DNA from: Terriglobia bacterium
Lineage (GTDB): Bacteria > Acidobacteriota > Terriglobia > Acidiferrales > UBA7541
Length of the DNA stretch: 64,000 nt
Reading direction: 5' to 3'
Assembly (NCBI GenBank): GCA_963695545.1
Contig: OY968796.1
Coordinates: 3,488,001-3,552,000, forward strand
Shown here: piece after piece, positions 50,338 through 60,930 of the stretch
How positions within the stretch are numbered: the first letter of the stretch is position 1
Layout of the letters: each line of letters opens with the position of its first letter
Program-made: the position numbers and the translations under genes
Notes under the pieces: model-generated
The model's input: only the letters and a program-made list of their open reading frames with translations
What the model was told of the DNA's origin: nothing
Databases searched by the model: none

Positions 50338-51174
50338 ATGGATATCTTCGAGGAAATCGTTCGATTGCGGCGCGCGGGACAACGCGCGGCTCTCGCCACC
50401 ATCGTGCACACCGACGGCTCGATCCCGAGCTACGAAAGCTCGCGCATGCTCGTGCGTGAAGATGGGTCAATCGCCGGCACCATCGGCGGAGGCTGCGTTG
50501 AAGCCGAAGTCTGGGCCGCGGCCAAGGAAGTGATGCGCGCCGAAAGCCCCCGCAAAATGACCTTTAACCTAAATCACGAAGCCGATTACGATAATGGCCT
50601 GATCTGCGGCGGCACACTCGAAATCTTCGTCGAACCGATTCTCCCGCAGCCCGATCTCGTAATTTTCGGCGGCGGACACGTCTCCATGGCCCTCGGCCAC
50701 GCCGCGCACGCCGCGGGCTTCTCCATCAGCGTGGTCGACGATCGCGAATCTTTCGCCAACACCGAGCGCTTCCCCGCCGCGCACCGCATTCTCACCAGCT
50801 TTGAAGACGCTTTCGCCGCGCTCAAGCCCGGCGCCTCCACCTACATCGTGATCATCACGCGCGGCCATCGCGACGATCTGCGCGTTCTTGAATGGGCCGT
50901 CTCCACCGACGCCCGCTACATCGGCATGATCGGCAGCCGCCGCAAAGTTCTCTCCGTCTATCGCGCGCTCGAAGAAAAAGCCGGCATCCCGCCCGAGCGC
51001 TTCGCGCGCGTGTTCGCCCCGATCGGTCTCGCCATCGGCGCGCTCACGCCCGAAGAAATCGCTGTGAGCATCGCCGCCGAATTGATCGCCGTCCGCCGCG
51101 GCGCCGTTGACGCCGCGCACAAATCCATTCGCCACATTCTCGCCACGCCCGCTTCCGCCGCTTCCACCGATTGA
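50338..51174 (+). CDS. XdhC/CoxI family molybdoenzyme maturation factor
   Basis: GTIGGGCVE, LICGG, FGGGHV, TRGH, YIGMIGS, TPEEIAVSIAAE. Confidence 0.93.
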   Translation: MDIFEEIVRLRRAGQRAALATIVHTDGSIPSYESSRMLVREDGSIAGTIGGGCVEAEVWAAAKEVMRAESPRKMTFNLNHEADYDNGLICGGTLEIFVEPILPQPDLVIFGGGHVSMALGHAAHAAGFSISVVDDRESFANTERFPAAHRILTSFEDAFAALKPGASTYIVIITRGHRDDLRVLEWAVSTDARYIGMIGSRRKVLSVYRALEEKAGIPPERFARVFAPIGLAIGALTPEEIAVSIAAELIAVRRGAVDAAHKSIRHILATPASAASTD

Positions 51175-51181
51175 AGCCGCC

Positions 51182-51832
51182 GTGCTCGCCGCCGTTATTT
51201 TGTCCGCCGGCCAATCGAGCCGCATGGGCACGCCCAAAGCGCTCGTCGATTTTCGCGGCAAAACTTTTCTCGCCCACCTTCTCGACGCCGCGCAACATCC
51301 CCAGATCGGTTTCGTCCGCGTAGTTCTCGGCGCCCACGACGCCGAGATTCGCCGCGCCCTAAATCTCCCCGACGATCTCGTCGTGCTAAATCCCGATTGG
51401 CAGCGCGGCCAACTCTCCTCCATCCAAGTCGCCCTTCGCGCTCTCTCCGCCGACGCTCGCGCAACATCCGCGGCGCGCAGCGATCACGTCGCCAAAGCCG
51501 CGCCTGCTAGCGACGCGCTCGACGGAATCCTTCTCTGCCCCGTCGATCATCCGCTCATCACCCGCTCGCTCGTCGCCGCGCTCGTCGCGGCGTTCTACTC
51601 CGACGCGAAGCCGCTCATCGTCGTGCCCACATTCCGCGGACGTCGCGGTCATCCCGTAATCTTCTCCCGCTCCCTCTTCCCCGAGCTGCTCTCCGCTCCC
51701 GCCGACGAAGGCGCGCGCGCCGTCGTCTGGTCGCACGCAAGCCAAGTCGCCGAAGTCCCCACCGAAGAAGAAGGAGTTGTACTGAACATGGATGATCCCG
51801 AATCTCTCCGCCGCGCCCGCGGAGAGTCATGA
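51182..51832 (+). CDS. Molybdenum cofactor cytidylyltransferase-like (MocA/MobA family)
   Basis: ILSAGQSSRMGTPKAL, NPDWQRGQLSS, PVDHP, GHPV; start uncertain. Confidence 0.88.
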   Translation: MLAAVILSAGQSSRMGTPKALVDFRGKTFLAHLLDAAQHPQIGFVRVVLGAHDAEIRRALNLPDDLVVLNPDWQRGQLSSIQVALRALSADARATSAARSDHVAKAAPASDALDGILLCPVDHPLITRSLVAALVAAFYSDAKPLIVVPTFRGRRGHPVIFSRSLFPELLSAPADEGARAVVWSHASQVAEVPTEEEGVVLNMDDPESLRRARGES

Positions 51833-51924
51833 GCGCGCCGCGGCACATCGCCTGCGCAATGGCCACGCCGCATCTGCCGCACGACGTCGGGAAGTTGAGA
51901 GCAGCGGCGAGAAGTCTCCCGCCC

Positions 51925-52281
51925 CTAACGAATGCTCGTGAGCAACGCCTCGAGCGCGTCGCACGCCAGTTGGCTGCCGTGATAAGTCGCCGGCGGCAAC
52001 TCCCCCAGCGCAACGGAAATATCCTTCGGCGTGAGCACGCGTGCTTGCTCCGGCGTCTTGCCGGCGAGCCACTCAGCGAGCCACGATCCGCAAGCCATCG
52101 ACGTCACGCAGCCCCGCGCGAGGAAACGCACCTCGGCGAAGCGCCCATCCTCCACGCGCGCCGCAAGCTGCATGATGTCGCCGCAAGCGGGATTGGATAC
52201 CTCGACGCGCGCGGTGGCTTCGGGGAGTTCTCCCGCGCGACGCGGATTCTGGAAGTGATCGAGCACCGCCTTGCTGAACAT
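51925..52281 (-). CDS. IscU/NifU-N Fe-S scaffold-like protein
   Basis: MFSKAVLDHFQNPR, NPACGD, GCVTSMA and LAC; three conserved Cys. Confidence 0.9.
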   Translation of the reverse strand: MFSKAVLDHFQNPRRAGELPEATARVEVSNPACGDIMQLAARVEDGRFAEVRFLARGCVTSMACGSWLAEWLAGKTPEQARVLTPKDISVALGELPPATYHGSQLACDALEALLTSIR

Positions 52282-52307
52282 TTCCGAAGTATCGCGCGGG
52301 CGCCGGA

Positions 52308-53876
52308 TTAGCTCAAGAGCACGAACGCGCCGCTGGCGTGCGGGAGACTTATCGTGAATCGGCCGCCGCGCGCGACGACCTTTTCTTCGCGCGCGGCCGA
52401 CCAAGATCCGTCCTGCGCGACTGGCGCGCCGGCGAGCGTGACGTCGGAAGTTGCGTCGAGCGCAGGGCCAGTGAGTCGCCAGACGCGGGCGTGCGGGAAT
52501 TGCGCGGCGGCTGCGCCGTCGATCGTGAGATCAATTTCGAGGTCGCTCGCGGCATCCTTGTTGAAGAGCGCGATGGAAATTCCGGCGGGCGTTTTCGCGG
52601 CGTACGCGGTTGCGTTCGCGCCTTGCGAGTCGAAATCGTTCGCGATCAGCGATGCGCCGGAGAAATGGCTGGCGAGCATCATGCCGTAGAAAATTGGGCG
52701 CGCGAAGAAACCTTTCTCCGCGTCGCCCGCAATCGGAGTGTAGAAGCTGCCGGAAGCAGCAGCGTCGGGGCGCGTGGCAACAGATTCGCCGGGCAAATGT
52801 CCGCCGAGAGCCGCGCGAATTTGTTTTGTGCCGCCGCCATGCAAATTGACGCCGACGCAACCCGCTTGCGCCAGATACAACATGTAGTCCGCGGCCCAGA
52901 GCGACGATGCAAACGCGTCGCTCATGTTGGGCTTGCCGCCGCGATAGCAGGAGTTGCCTTCGGTCATGCGATAGGGAAGATTCGCTGCGCGCGCGGCGGC
53001 CATGACGCGCGGCAAGTTTGCGACGAGATGCGGATCGCGCTGCAAGAGACGCTCGATCGTCACGGTTGGATCGTCGGGCGGGCCTTCGGCGTAGTAGTGG
53101 CTGGTCAGCGCGACGATGCCGCTCTTTTTCTGCGGCGCTTGTGACGCGAACAAAACGGCCCAATCCGCGATGCCGTTTGAATCGGGCCCGCCAAACGTGG
53201 CGTCGGACAATTTATCGGAGACGCCGTTCGCGAACGTGAGCCAATCCGCGAGGTAGGCGTCGAAATCATAATTCGCGGGGCGCAAACCGTTGCGATCGTT
53301 GTGATAAAGATCCGGTTCGTTGCCGATTTGAAAATAGAGCAGGCGCTCGCCCATCGCTTTGTAAACGTACACGGCTTCTTCGGCATCACGAGCGGGAGTG
53401 CCGCTGCCGAGGTTGAGACCGTAAATAAGTTTCCAACCTGTCGCGTCAAGAAAATCGCCGAGGTTGTCGATGGCGGCAGGCGTGATCGGAACAAGTTCGT
53501 GCGGCATCCAGTTCGCGTCGGTTGTTCCGGGCGGATGCTGCAGCGTCGGCTGCTGTGCGGCGGCGTCCGCTTTCCACCAGGTGAATTCGCTGCTGTTTCC
53601 GCCGAGACGCAGGACGCCGTTCGGAGAAAGGGTGCGGAAAAGCGCGATCAAACCGGCATTCTTCGGCGAAAAGAAATCTGGATCGCCAAGCTGCGAGGAT
53701 TCATAGCTCAAGCCGACAAAGTCAGACGGTATTTGCGTGACGACGTTACCAGGATGAATGGTGAGCGTGGCCGCGGCGCCGGCACCGAGCGCCGAGCCCG
53801 ACGGCAGTAGAGCGGAGAACGCCGCCGCAATGGAAACTGATGCGGCATCAACCAGGAAATCGCGACGGTTCTTCAT
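52308..53876 (-). CDS. Tat-exported GH79-family glycoside hydrolase (beta-glucuronidase-like)
   Basis: NRRDFL Tat motif; LRLGGN, IGNEPD (acid/base), MTEGNS (nucleophile), GVNLHGG. Confidence 0.85.
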   Translation of the reverse strand: MKNRRDFLVDAASVSIAAAFSALLPSGSALGAGAAATLTIHPGNVVTQIPSDFVGLSYESSQLGDPDFFSPKNAGLIALFRTLSPNGVLRLGGNSSEFTWWKADAAAQQPTLQHPPGTTDANWMPHELVPITPAAIDNLGDFLDATGWKLIYGLNLGSGTPARDAEEAVYVYKAMGERLLYFQIGNEPDLYHNDRNGLRPANYDFDAYLADWLTFANGVSDKLSDATFGGPDSNGIADWAVLFASQAPQKKSGIVALTSHYYAEGPPDDPTVTIERLLQRDPHLVANLPRVMAAARAANLPYRMTEGNSCYRGGKPNMSDAFASSLWAADYMLYLAQAGCVGVNLHGGGTKQIRAALGGHLPGESVATRPDAAASGSFYTPIAGDAEKGFFARPIFYGMMLASHFSGASLIANDFDSQGANATAYAAKTPAGISIALFNKDAASDLEIDLTIDGAAAAQFPHARVWRLTGPALDATSDVTLAGAPVAQDGSWSAAREEKVVARGGRFTISLPHASGAFVLLS

Positions 53877-54035
53877 CCCTAGAGTCGGCCCTCCGGCTGC
53901 CGATAGTACATCTTTTGACGGCGGCGACGAGAGAATCTTCGCGCGCACATGCGGCTGGTCTTTCGCAATGCGCGGCGATAAAGTTGGGGCGGGAAATTTC
54001 GAGAGCTTACACCGGTCGATGTGTCAGGAGGAAAC

Positions 54036-55817
54036 GTGGGCCATAAGGCCGTAGTGATCGCGACGACTTTGATTTTGGCTTTGCCGGCGTTTGGACAGAC
54101 GCCGCCGGCGGCGCCGAGTTGGATAGACGTCAGCAACAACTATACGAACATGCTGCTGGCCGTGCAGATGAAGCACAATCCCGAGTCGGGTTCCCAGGAG
54201 GGGCTGAGCGAATTCGACACCAAAGCGTCGCAGCCCACTCTCGCCGATGAAGATCAGGAGCGGCAAGAGACCGAAGTTGTGCTTGCGCAGTTCAAGGCCG
54301 CGGCCGGCCAAAATCAGCCGGAAGAAGTCCAGCAGGATTTGCAGATTCTGATCCACGCGGTGGAGCTGGAATTCAAGCAAGAGGATTTTGCGCGCGCGCA
54401 TGAGGTGCCGTTCATCAATCCGAGCGAGATCGTTTTTGGCGGCTTGCGAACGTTGTTGGACGATCAAACTCCCGCCGAGCGCGGGCCGTCCGCGGTCACG
54501 CGGTTGCGCGACTATGCGGGACTCGAACCAGGTTACAAGCCGATTGCCGATATCCTGAAACAGCGCGTGATCGAGCAAATGGCCAAACCCGGAGTGCTCT
54601 ATCCATCGCGCACGGAAATCGAGACCGAATTGGGGCGCGATTCCAATTACGTCGACGGAATCTCCGCGCTTTTTCAGAAATACAAGCTGACGGGATGGCA
54701 AGACGCGTTCGACACGCTGAAATCGCAGCTCACCGGCTATGACGCCTGGATTACCTCGACTGTGCTGCCGAAAGCGCGCACCGATTTTCGTCTTCCGCCG
54801 GAAGAGTACGCGCTCGATCTTGAAGGCTACGGTATCGACATTCCGGCCGATCAAATTGCGGCGATGGCGCATCAGGCGTTCACGGAAATTCAAGCGGAGA
54901 TGAAGCCGATCGCGGCGCAAATTGCGCTGCAGCGCCACCTGCCATCGAGCGACTATCGCGACGTGATGCGCGACCTCAAGAAGGACCAACTGATCGGCGA
55001 CGCGATACTTCCGTTCTATCAAAATCGTCTGGCGCAAATTGAAAAGATAATCGTGGACAATCAGATTGTTACGCTGCCGGATCGACCCGCGCGCATTCGC
55101 ATCGCCACGGCAGCGGAAACGGCGCAACAGCCCGCGCCGCATATGGTGCCTCCTCCGTTTCTGAACAATACCGGACAAAAAGGTGAATTCGTTTTGCCGC
55201 TGAACATTCCGGCGTCGCCTGGACAAAGCGGAGATCTGAAATACGACGATTTCACGTTTGACGCGGCGGCGTGGACGCTCACGTCGCACGAAGCGCGCCC
55301 CGGACACGAAGTACAATTCGACTCGATGCTGGAGCATGGCGTATCGCGAGCGCGGGCCCTATACGCGTTCAACAGCACGAACGTCGAGGGCTGGGGATTA
55401 TATTCAGAATATCTGATCGAGCCGTACATGCCGCTCGACGGCCAACTGGTTTCGCTCGATTACCGCTTGCTTCGCGCGGCGCGCGCGTTCCTGGATCCGG
55501 AGCTGCAAGAAGGCAAGATTCAACCCGACGACGCGAGACGCGTTCTGGAGCAGGACGTGGTCGCTTCGCCGGCGTTCACGGAGGAGGAGATCGAGCGCTT
55601 CACCTATCGCGCTCCCGGACAAGCTATCAGTTATTTCTACGGGTACACGAAATTGATCGCTTTGCGCAAGGATACGGAAGCGGCGCTCGGCCCCAAATTC
55701 AATCAGAAGAAATTCCACGATTTTATCCTGGCTCAGGGATTGTTGCCGCCGGACCTGATGCGCAAGGCGGTGATGGAGCATTTTATTCCGTCGCAACAAA
55801 CGGCGAGTGCTCCCTAG
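54036..55817 (+). CDS. DUF885 family protein
   Basis: Signal peptide; HEARPGH, EGWGLYSE, EIERF, PGQAISY, KKFHDFIL. Confidence 0.9.
   Translation: MGHKAVVIATTLILALPAFGQTPPAAPSWIDVSNNYTNMLLAVQMKHNPESGSQEGLSEFDTKASQPTLADEDQERQETEVVLAQFKAAAGQNQPEEVQQDLQILIHAVELEFKQEDFARAHEVPFINPSEIVFGGLRTLLDDQTPAERGPSAVTRLRDYAGLEPGYKPIADILKQRVIEQMAKPGVLYPSRTEIETELGRDSNYVDGISALFQKYKLTGWQDAFDTLKSQLTGYDAWITSTVLPKARTDFRLPPEEYALDLEGYGIDIPADQIAAMAHQAFTEIQAEMKPIAAQIALQRHLPSSDYRDVMRDLKKDQLIGDAILPFYQNRLAQIEKIIVDNQIVTLPDRPARIRIATAAETAQQPAPHMVPPPFLNNTGQKGEFVLPLNIPASPGQSGDLKYDDFTFDAAAWTLTSHEARPGHEVQFDSMLEHGVSRARALYAFNSTNVEGWGLYSEYLIEPYMPLDGQLVSLDYRLLRAARAFLDPELQEGKIQPDDARRVLEQDVVASPAFTEEEIERFTYRAPGQAISYFYGYTKLIALRKDTEAALGPKFNQKKFHDFILAQGLLPPDLMRKAVMEHFIPSQQTASAP
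55744..55817 (+). repeat. 74-bp direct repeat A (3' end of the DUF885 gene)
   Basis: 64/74 identical to 58768-58841. Confidence 0.9.
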
Positions 55818-55880
55818 CGCCTCCTGAGATATGATCTCAGCACAACAAGATTTGATTCGTCGGTCCCGCGGAACAACCGA

Positions 55881-58739
55881 ATGATTGGGCAGATGTTTTC
55901 GCACTACCGCATCGTCGAGAAGATCGGCGGCGGTGGTATGGGGGTGGTGTACAAGGCGGAAGACACGCGCCTTGGCCGATTCGTCGCGTTGAAATTCCTG
56001 CCCGAAGATATGGCCAAAGACCGTCAGGCGCTGAACCGCTTCGAGCGGGAGGCGCGCGCAGCGTCGGCTCTGGATCATCCGAATATTTGCACGATCTATG
56101 AAGTGGGCGAGCAGGAAGGTCAGCCGTTCATTTCCATGCAGTATTTGGACGGGCAGACGCTGAAGCATCGGATTGGCGGGCGCCCGGTCGAAATCGAGCT
56201 GCTCCTGGAATGGGGCGTGCAAATCGCCGACGCACTGGACGCCGCCCACTCCCAGGGAATCGTTCACCGCGATATTAAACCCGCGAATCTTTTCATCACC
56301 ACCCGGGGACAAGCGAAGATTTTGGATTTTGGCCTCGCAAAAATCATGGGGCCAACCGACGCCGGGCGCGCGACGCAGGGCGACACCACGGTATCGAATG
56401 TTGGCCCTGCCGCGGAACGTTTGACCAGCACGGGCGTGGCGCTCGGGACGGTTCTTTACATGTCGCCCGAGCAGGCCCTGGGCAAGCCGCTCGACGCGCG
56501 AACGGATCTATATTCCATTGGGGCTGTGCTCTATGAAATGGCCACGGGGCGCGTGGCGTTTGACGGCGAAACTTCAGCGGCCGTTTTCAACGCGATCCTG
56601 AACCGCGCTCCGGTGGATCCTGTGCGCCTGAATTCCGAAGTGCCCGCCGAGCTCAGCCGGATCATCAACAAGTCTCTCGAGAAGGACAAGACTCTGCGCT
56701 ATCAGAACGCCGCGGATCTGCGGGCGGATCTGAAGCGCCTGGAACGCGATTCGGATTCATCGCGCAAAGTTGTCGCTCGCGAGGCGCCGCGCGCGGAAGG
56801 CTCGCCGGAAAAATCGGCGAAATCAAAGTGGATGAAAATCGGAATCGGCGCCGCCGCGGCAATCTTGCTCGGGGCCGCCGCGGTGGGGGCGTACTTCTAC
56901 TTGCATCGAGCTCCGATGCTCACGAGCAAAGATCAAGTGGTCCTGGCGGACTTCGTGAACACGACGGGCGATCCGGTGTTTGATGGAACGCTTCGCCAAG
57001 GCCTTACCGTGCAGCTCGGACAATCGCCGTTTTTCAATATTATTTCGGATGATCAGATCGCGCAGACGCTGCGATTGATGGAACAGCCCGACAGCGCGCC
57101 GCTCACCACCAATCTCGCACGGCAAGTCTGCCAGCGATTGGGCGCGACGGCGGTGATCGGCGGCTCGATCGCGAGTCTGGGACCAGAATACGTGCTGGGG
57201 CTCAGCGCGATCAAATGCAGGACGGGAGAAATTCTGACCGAGGAGCAAGTGACGGCCGACAGCAAATCGGAGGTGCTCTCGGCCCTGGCTCAAGGAGCGT
57301 CGGAACTGCGCGGAAAACTCGGAGAATCCTTGAGTTCGATGCAGCAATACGATATGCCGCTGGAGATGGCCACGACGTCATCGCTCGATGCGCTCCAGGC
57401 ATACACGCTGGGCCGCAAGGAGATGGTCGTCCGGGCAGACTGGGTAGCGTCCATCGCGCTTTTCGAGCGGGCCATTAGCCTGGACTCCAATTTCGCCATG
57501 GCCCACGCCAGGCTTGGGACGTGCTACGCCAACCTGGGGGAGCGGACCAAAGCAGTCGAGGACACGACCAAGGCCTATCAGCTCATTGACCGGACCAGCG
57601 GACGCGAAAAGCTCTACATCACGTCCCACTACTATGAGATTGCCACCGGAGATATTCTAAAGGCCACCCAGGCCTTGGAGTTGGGAACGCAGATTTATCC
57701 GCAGGACGAAACAAACTACCTCACCCTGGGCGCCACATATCGATCCCTGGGCGAATACGACAAAGCGGTCTCCGTTGCCCAAAGCGGCCTCCGGATCAAC
57801 CCGCAAAGCGGATTGTCCCACGAGGAGCTCGCCCAGGACTACCTCCGTCTGGATCGGCTTGACGAAGCCGAGGCAGACATCCAATCGGTGCACGCGCAAG
57901 GGTTGGACCCGATTGGGGACCATGAAGTTTCATATGACGTAAGTTTCCTGGAGCACGACGCCGCTGGAATGGCCGAAGAAGTCGCTTGGGCCGCCGGGAA
58001 GACGCAGTATGAGAATCAATACCTCTTCATGGAGGCCTCGACCGCAGCCTCGGCCGGCCTGCTGGAGAATTCCCGCAGTCTGACCGATCAAGCGGTCACT
58101 TCTGCCCAGGATATCGACCGCCGAGAAACGGCCGGAAAATATCGGGCGCAGGAAGCGTTCCTTGAGGCGCTTGTTGGCAACACCGCGCAGGCGCAATCCG
58201 ACGCCAGCGCGGCGTTGGGAATTTCCCGTGGCGCCGACGTCGAAACTTACGCGGCCCTCGCTTACGCGGTCGCCCGGGACCCGGGCCGGGCTCAATCCCT
58301 GGCGGACGATCTGGCGAAACGTTTCCCGGACGACACGATCGTGCAATACCTCGATCTACCTCCGATTCGCGCGGAGATTGAGATAGCGCGCGGGAATCCA
58401 GCGAAGGCCGTCGAGCCCTTAGAGGCCTCTGCCCCATACGAACTCAATGAATCACTTGCCTGTTTGCCGATTTTCGTTCGGGGGAGAGCATACTTAGCGG
58501 CTCACGACGGGGATTCCGCAGCGGGCGAATTTCAAAAAGTCCTGGATCATCCGGGCGTGGTGGTGAACTCGCCGATCGGCGCATTCGCGCATCTTGAGAT
58601 CGGGCGGGCTGAGGCGCTCCAGGGGAATACGGAAAAGGCGCGCGCGGCTTATCAGGATTTCTTCGCGCTGTGGCAGCACGCCGACGCCGATATTCCGATT
58701 CTGAAACAAGCGCGCGCGGAGTACGCAAAGTTGCAGTAG
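55881..58739 (+). CDS. Hanks-type Ser/Thr protein kinase with TM segment and C-terminal TPR region
   Basis: [31 protein letters not shown]-like helices. Confidence 0.95.
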   Translation: MIGQMFSHYRIVEKIGGGGMGVVYKAEDTRLGRFVALKFLPEDMAKDRQALNRFEREARAASALDHPNICTIYEVGEQEGQPFISMQYLDGQTLKHRIGGRPVEIELLLEWGVQIADALDAAHSQGIVHRDIKPANLFITTRGQAKILDFGLAKIMGPTDAGRATQGDTTVSNVGPAAERLTSTGVALGTVLYMSPEQALGKPLDARTDLYSIGAVLYEMATGRVAFDGETSAAVFNAILNRAPVDPVRLNSEVPAELSRIINKSLEKDKTLRYQNAADLRADLKRLERDSDSSRKVVAREAPRAEGSPEKSAKSKWMKIGIGAAAAILLGAAAVGAYFYLHRAPMLTSKDQVVLADFVNTTGDPVFDGTLRQGLTVQLGQSPFFNIISDDQIAQTLRLMEQPDSAPLTTNLARQVCQRLGATAVIGGSIASLGPEYVLGLSAIKCRTGEILTEEQVTADSKSEVLSALAQGASELRGKLGESLSSMQQYDMPLEMATTSSLDALQAYTLGRKEMVVRADWVASIALFERAISLDSNFAMAHARLGTCYANLGERTKAVEDTTKAYQLIDRTSGREKLYITSHYYEIATGDILKATQALELGTQIYPQDETNYLTLGATYRSLGEYDKAVSVAQSGLRINPQSGLSHEELAQDYLRLDRLDEAEADIQSVHAQGLDPIGDHEVSYDVSFLEHDAAGMAEEVAWAAGKTQYENQYLFMEASTAASAGLLENSRSLTDQAVTSAQDIDRRETAGKYRAQEAFLEALVGNTAQAQSDASAALGISRGADVETYAALAYAVARDPGRAQSLADDLAKRFPDDTIVQYLDLPPIRAEIEIARGNPAKAVEPLEASAPYELNESLACLPIFVRGRAYLAAHDGDSAAGEFQKVLDHPGVVVNSPIGAFAHLEIGRAEALQGNTEKARAAYQDFFALWQHADADIPILKQARAEYAKLQ

Positions 58740-58767
58740 GCAATCGCCTCAGCGTTTCGGTCGACGC

Positions 58768-58841
58768 TGCCGCCGGAGCTGATGCGCAAAGCGGTGATGG
58801 ACCATTTTATTCCGTCGCAACAGGCGGGGAGTGCGAACTAA
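58768..58841 (+). repeat. 74-bp direct repeat B (orphan DUF885 3' end)
   Basis: Encodes LPPELMRKAVMDHFIPSQQAGSAN* versus LPPDLMRKAVMEHFIPSQQTASAP*. Confidence 0.9.
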
Positions 58842-58874
58842 CGGTTCGCGCAAAATATGATCACGGGAAAACCA

Positions 58875-60791
58875 ATGACTATTTTCTTTCGCTCAATAGT
58901 TGCTGTCGTGGCGCTTGCGCTCGCGAGCTTGCCGTCGATTGCGCAGGACAAGCCCGGCAAATCCGACATTCCGACGCAGTTCACGGCGCCGACATCGGAT
59001 TACGATTACACCAAGCGCGTGGTGATGATTCCGATGCGCGACGGAGTGAAGCTCTATACGGTGATTGTGATTCCCAAAGGAGCGACGCATGCGCCGATCC
59101 TGTTGACCCGAACGCCCTACAACGCGGCTGCACGCACCGCGCAGACAGAGTCGCCGCACATGCTCGACGAACTTCCTCCAGGCGACGATGTGTTTGTCGG
59201 CGCGGGGTACATCCGCGTGTTTCAGGACGTCCGCGGAAAATATGGCTCAGAAGGCGCTTATTTCATGACGCCCGCCCCGATTGGCCCGCTGAATTCCACG
59301 GGCGTGGACGACACCACCGATGCATACGACACGATCGACTGGCTGGTGAAAAATGTGCCCGAGTCAAACGGCAAGGTGGGGATGCTGGGTTCTTCTTACG
59401 AAGGTTTCACGGTGGTGATGGCGCTGATCCATCCGCATCCGGCGCTAAAGGTGGCGGCTCCGGAAAGTCCCATGGTCGACGGCTGGATGGGCGACGACTG
59501 GTTTCACTACGGGGCGTTTCGCGAGATTAACGAGGACTACTTCACCGAGCAGACTACGCAGCGCGGCAAAGGCCCGGACATAGCGCGCGAAGCGTATGAC
59601 GATTACACGAATTATATCCGGAAAGGTTCCGCGGGTGATTTTGCGCGTTACGGTGGCTTGGACCAACTTCCGTTCTGGGTCAAAGTGGAAGAACACCCGG
59701 CCTACGATGCTTTTTGGCAGGGCCGGGCTCTTGACAAGATCATGGCGTCGGTGCCGCTGACGGTCCCGACGATGTGGGAACAAGGTCTGTGGGACCAGGA
59801 GGACATGTGGGGCGCGATCCACTGCTACGAGGCGGTGGAACCAAAGGACACGAACAACGATAAAAATTTCCTGGTGATGGGACCGTGGCGGCACAGCCAG
59901 GTGAATTACGATGGCTATTCGCTTGGACCGTTGCTGTGGGAAGGAAACACCACCGAGCAATTTCGCCGCGACGTTTTGCTGCCGTTTTTCAATCAATATC
60001 TGATGGACAATGCGCCGAAGGCCGATACGCCGCCCGTGCTCATCTATAACACCGGCGAGAATCACTGGGATCGCTTCAAAGCGTGGCCGTTGAGTTGTGA
60101 TCAGGGCTGCGCGAATCAATCGCGGCCGCTCTATTTGACGGCGAATGGCGGGTTGTCGTTTGAAAGCCCGGACGCGACTACGCCAAAGTACGATCAGTAC
60201 GTTTCCGATCCGTCGAAGCCTGTGCCGTACCAACCGAGGCCGATCGTGTCCACGGATATCGAAGCGTGGAGGCGTTGGCTGGTTGACGATCAGCGTTTCG
60301 CCGACGGGCGTACTGACGTGCTCACGTACGTGAGCGAGCCGCTGACTGCGCCGGTGAGAGTAAGCGGCGTGCCCGAGGTGAACTTATATGCTTCGACAAG
60401 CGGCACGGACAGCGATTGGGTGGTCAAGGTGATCGACGTCTATCCCGACAGCGTGCCTTCGCAACCGGAAATGGGCGGCTACGAGTTGGCGATTTCGCTC
60501 GATATTTTTCGCGGGCGATACCGCACGAGTTTCGAGCGTCCCGAAGCCATCGCGCCGGATCAACCGTTGCTCTATCGCTTCGGCCTGCCGACAGTGAATC
60601 ACGTTTTCTTGCCCGGGCATCGCATCATGGTCCAGGTGCAATCGAGTCTGTTTCCGCTCTACGACCGCAACCCGCAGACATTCGTGCCGAATATTTTTGA
60701 TGCGAAGCCGGCGGACTATCAGGCGGCGACGCAACGCGTTTGGCATACGCCAGGCGACGCGAGTTTCATCAGTCTTCCGGTTGTACCTTAG
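58875..60791 (+). CDS. CocE/NonD family hydrolase (alpha-amino acid ester hydrolase-like)
   Basis: MIPMRDGVKL, RTPY, QDVRGKYGSEG, GSSYEG nucleophile, WDQED, GPWRH. Confidence 0.92.
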   Translation: MTIFFRSIVAVVALALASLPSIAQDKPGKSDIPTQFTAPTSDYDYTKRVVMIPMRDGVKLYTVIVIPKGATHAPILLTRTPYNAAARTAQTESPHMLDELPPGDDVFVGAGYIRVFQDVRGKYGSEGAYFMTPAPIGPLNSTGVDDTTDAYDTIDWLVKNVPESNGKVGMLGSSYEGFTVVMALIHPHPALKVAAPESPMVDGWMGDDWFHYGAFREINEDYFTEQTTQRGKGPDIAREAYDDYTNYIRKGSAGDFARYGGLDQLPFWVKVEEHPAYDAFWQGRALDKIMASVPLTVPTMWEQGLWDQEDMWGAIHCYEAVEPKDTNNDKNFLVMGPWRHSQVNYDGYSLGPLLWEGNTTEQFRRDVLLPFFNQYLMDNAPKADTPPVLIYNTGENHWDRFKAWPLSCDQGCANQSRPLYLTANGGLSFESPDATTPKYDQYVSDPSKPVPYQPRPIVSTDIEAWRRWLVDDQRFADGRTDVLTYVSEPLTAPVRVSGVPEVNLYASTSGTDSDWVVKVIDVYPDSVPSQPEMGGYELAISLDIFRGRYRTSFERPEAIAPDQPLLYRFGLPTVNHVFLPGHRIMVQVQSSLFPLYDRNPQTFVPNIFDAKPADYQAATQRVWHTPGDASFISLPVVP

Positions 60792-60862
60792 GGATGGGAC
60801 GCACTCCGTCCCGATCACGCGAGAGCCTGGCGGAGCCGTTTGCGGATAAACTTAACTACCAA

Positions 60863-60907
60863 GTGGGCGGAGACAAGCCTGCCTGTCTGCAGGCAGGCTC
60901 CGCCCAC
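60863..60907. terminator. Long hairpin between convergent genes (terminator or REP-like)
   Basis: GTGGGCGGAG...GCCTGCCTG-TCTG-CAGGCAGGC...CTCCGCCCAC. Confidence 0.55.
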
Positions 60908-60930
60908 CATGGCGAGGAACGCTGCCGGAG

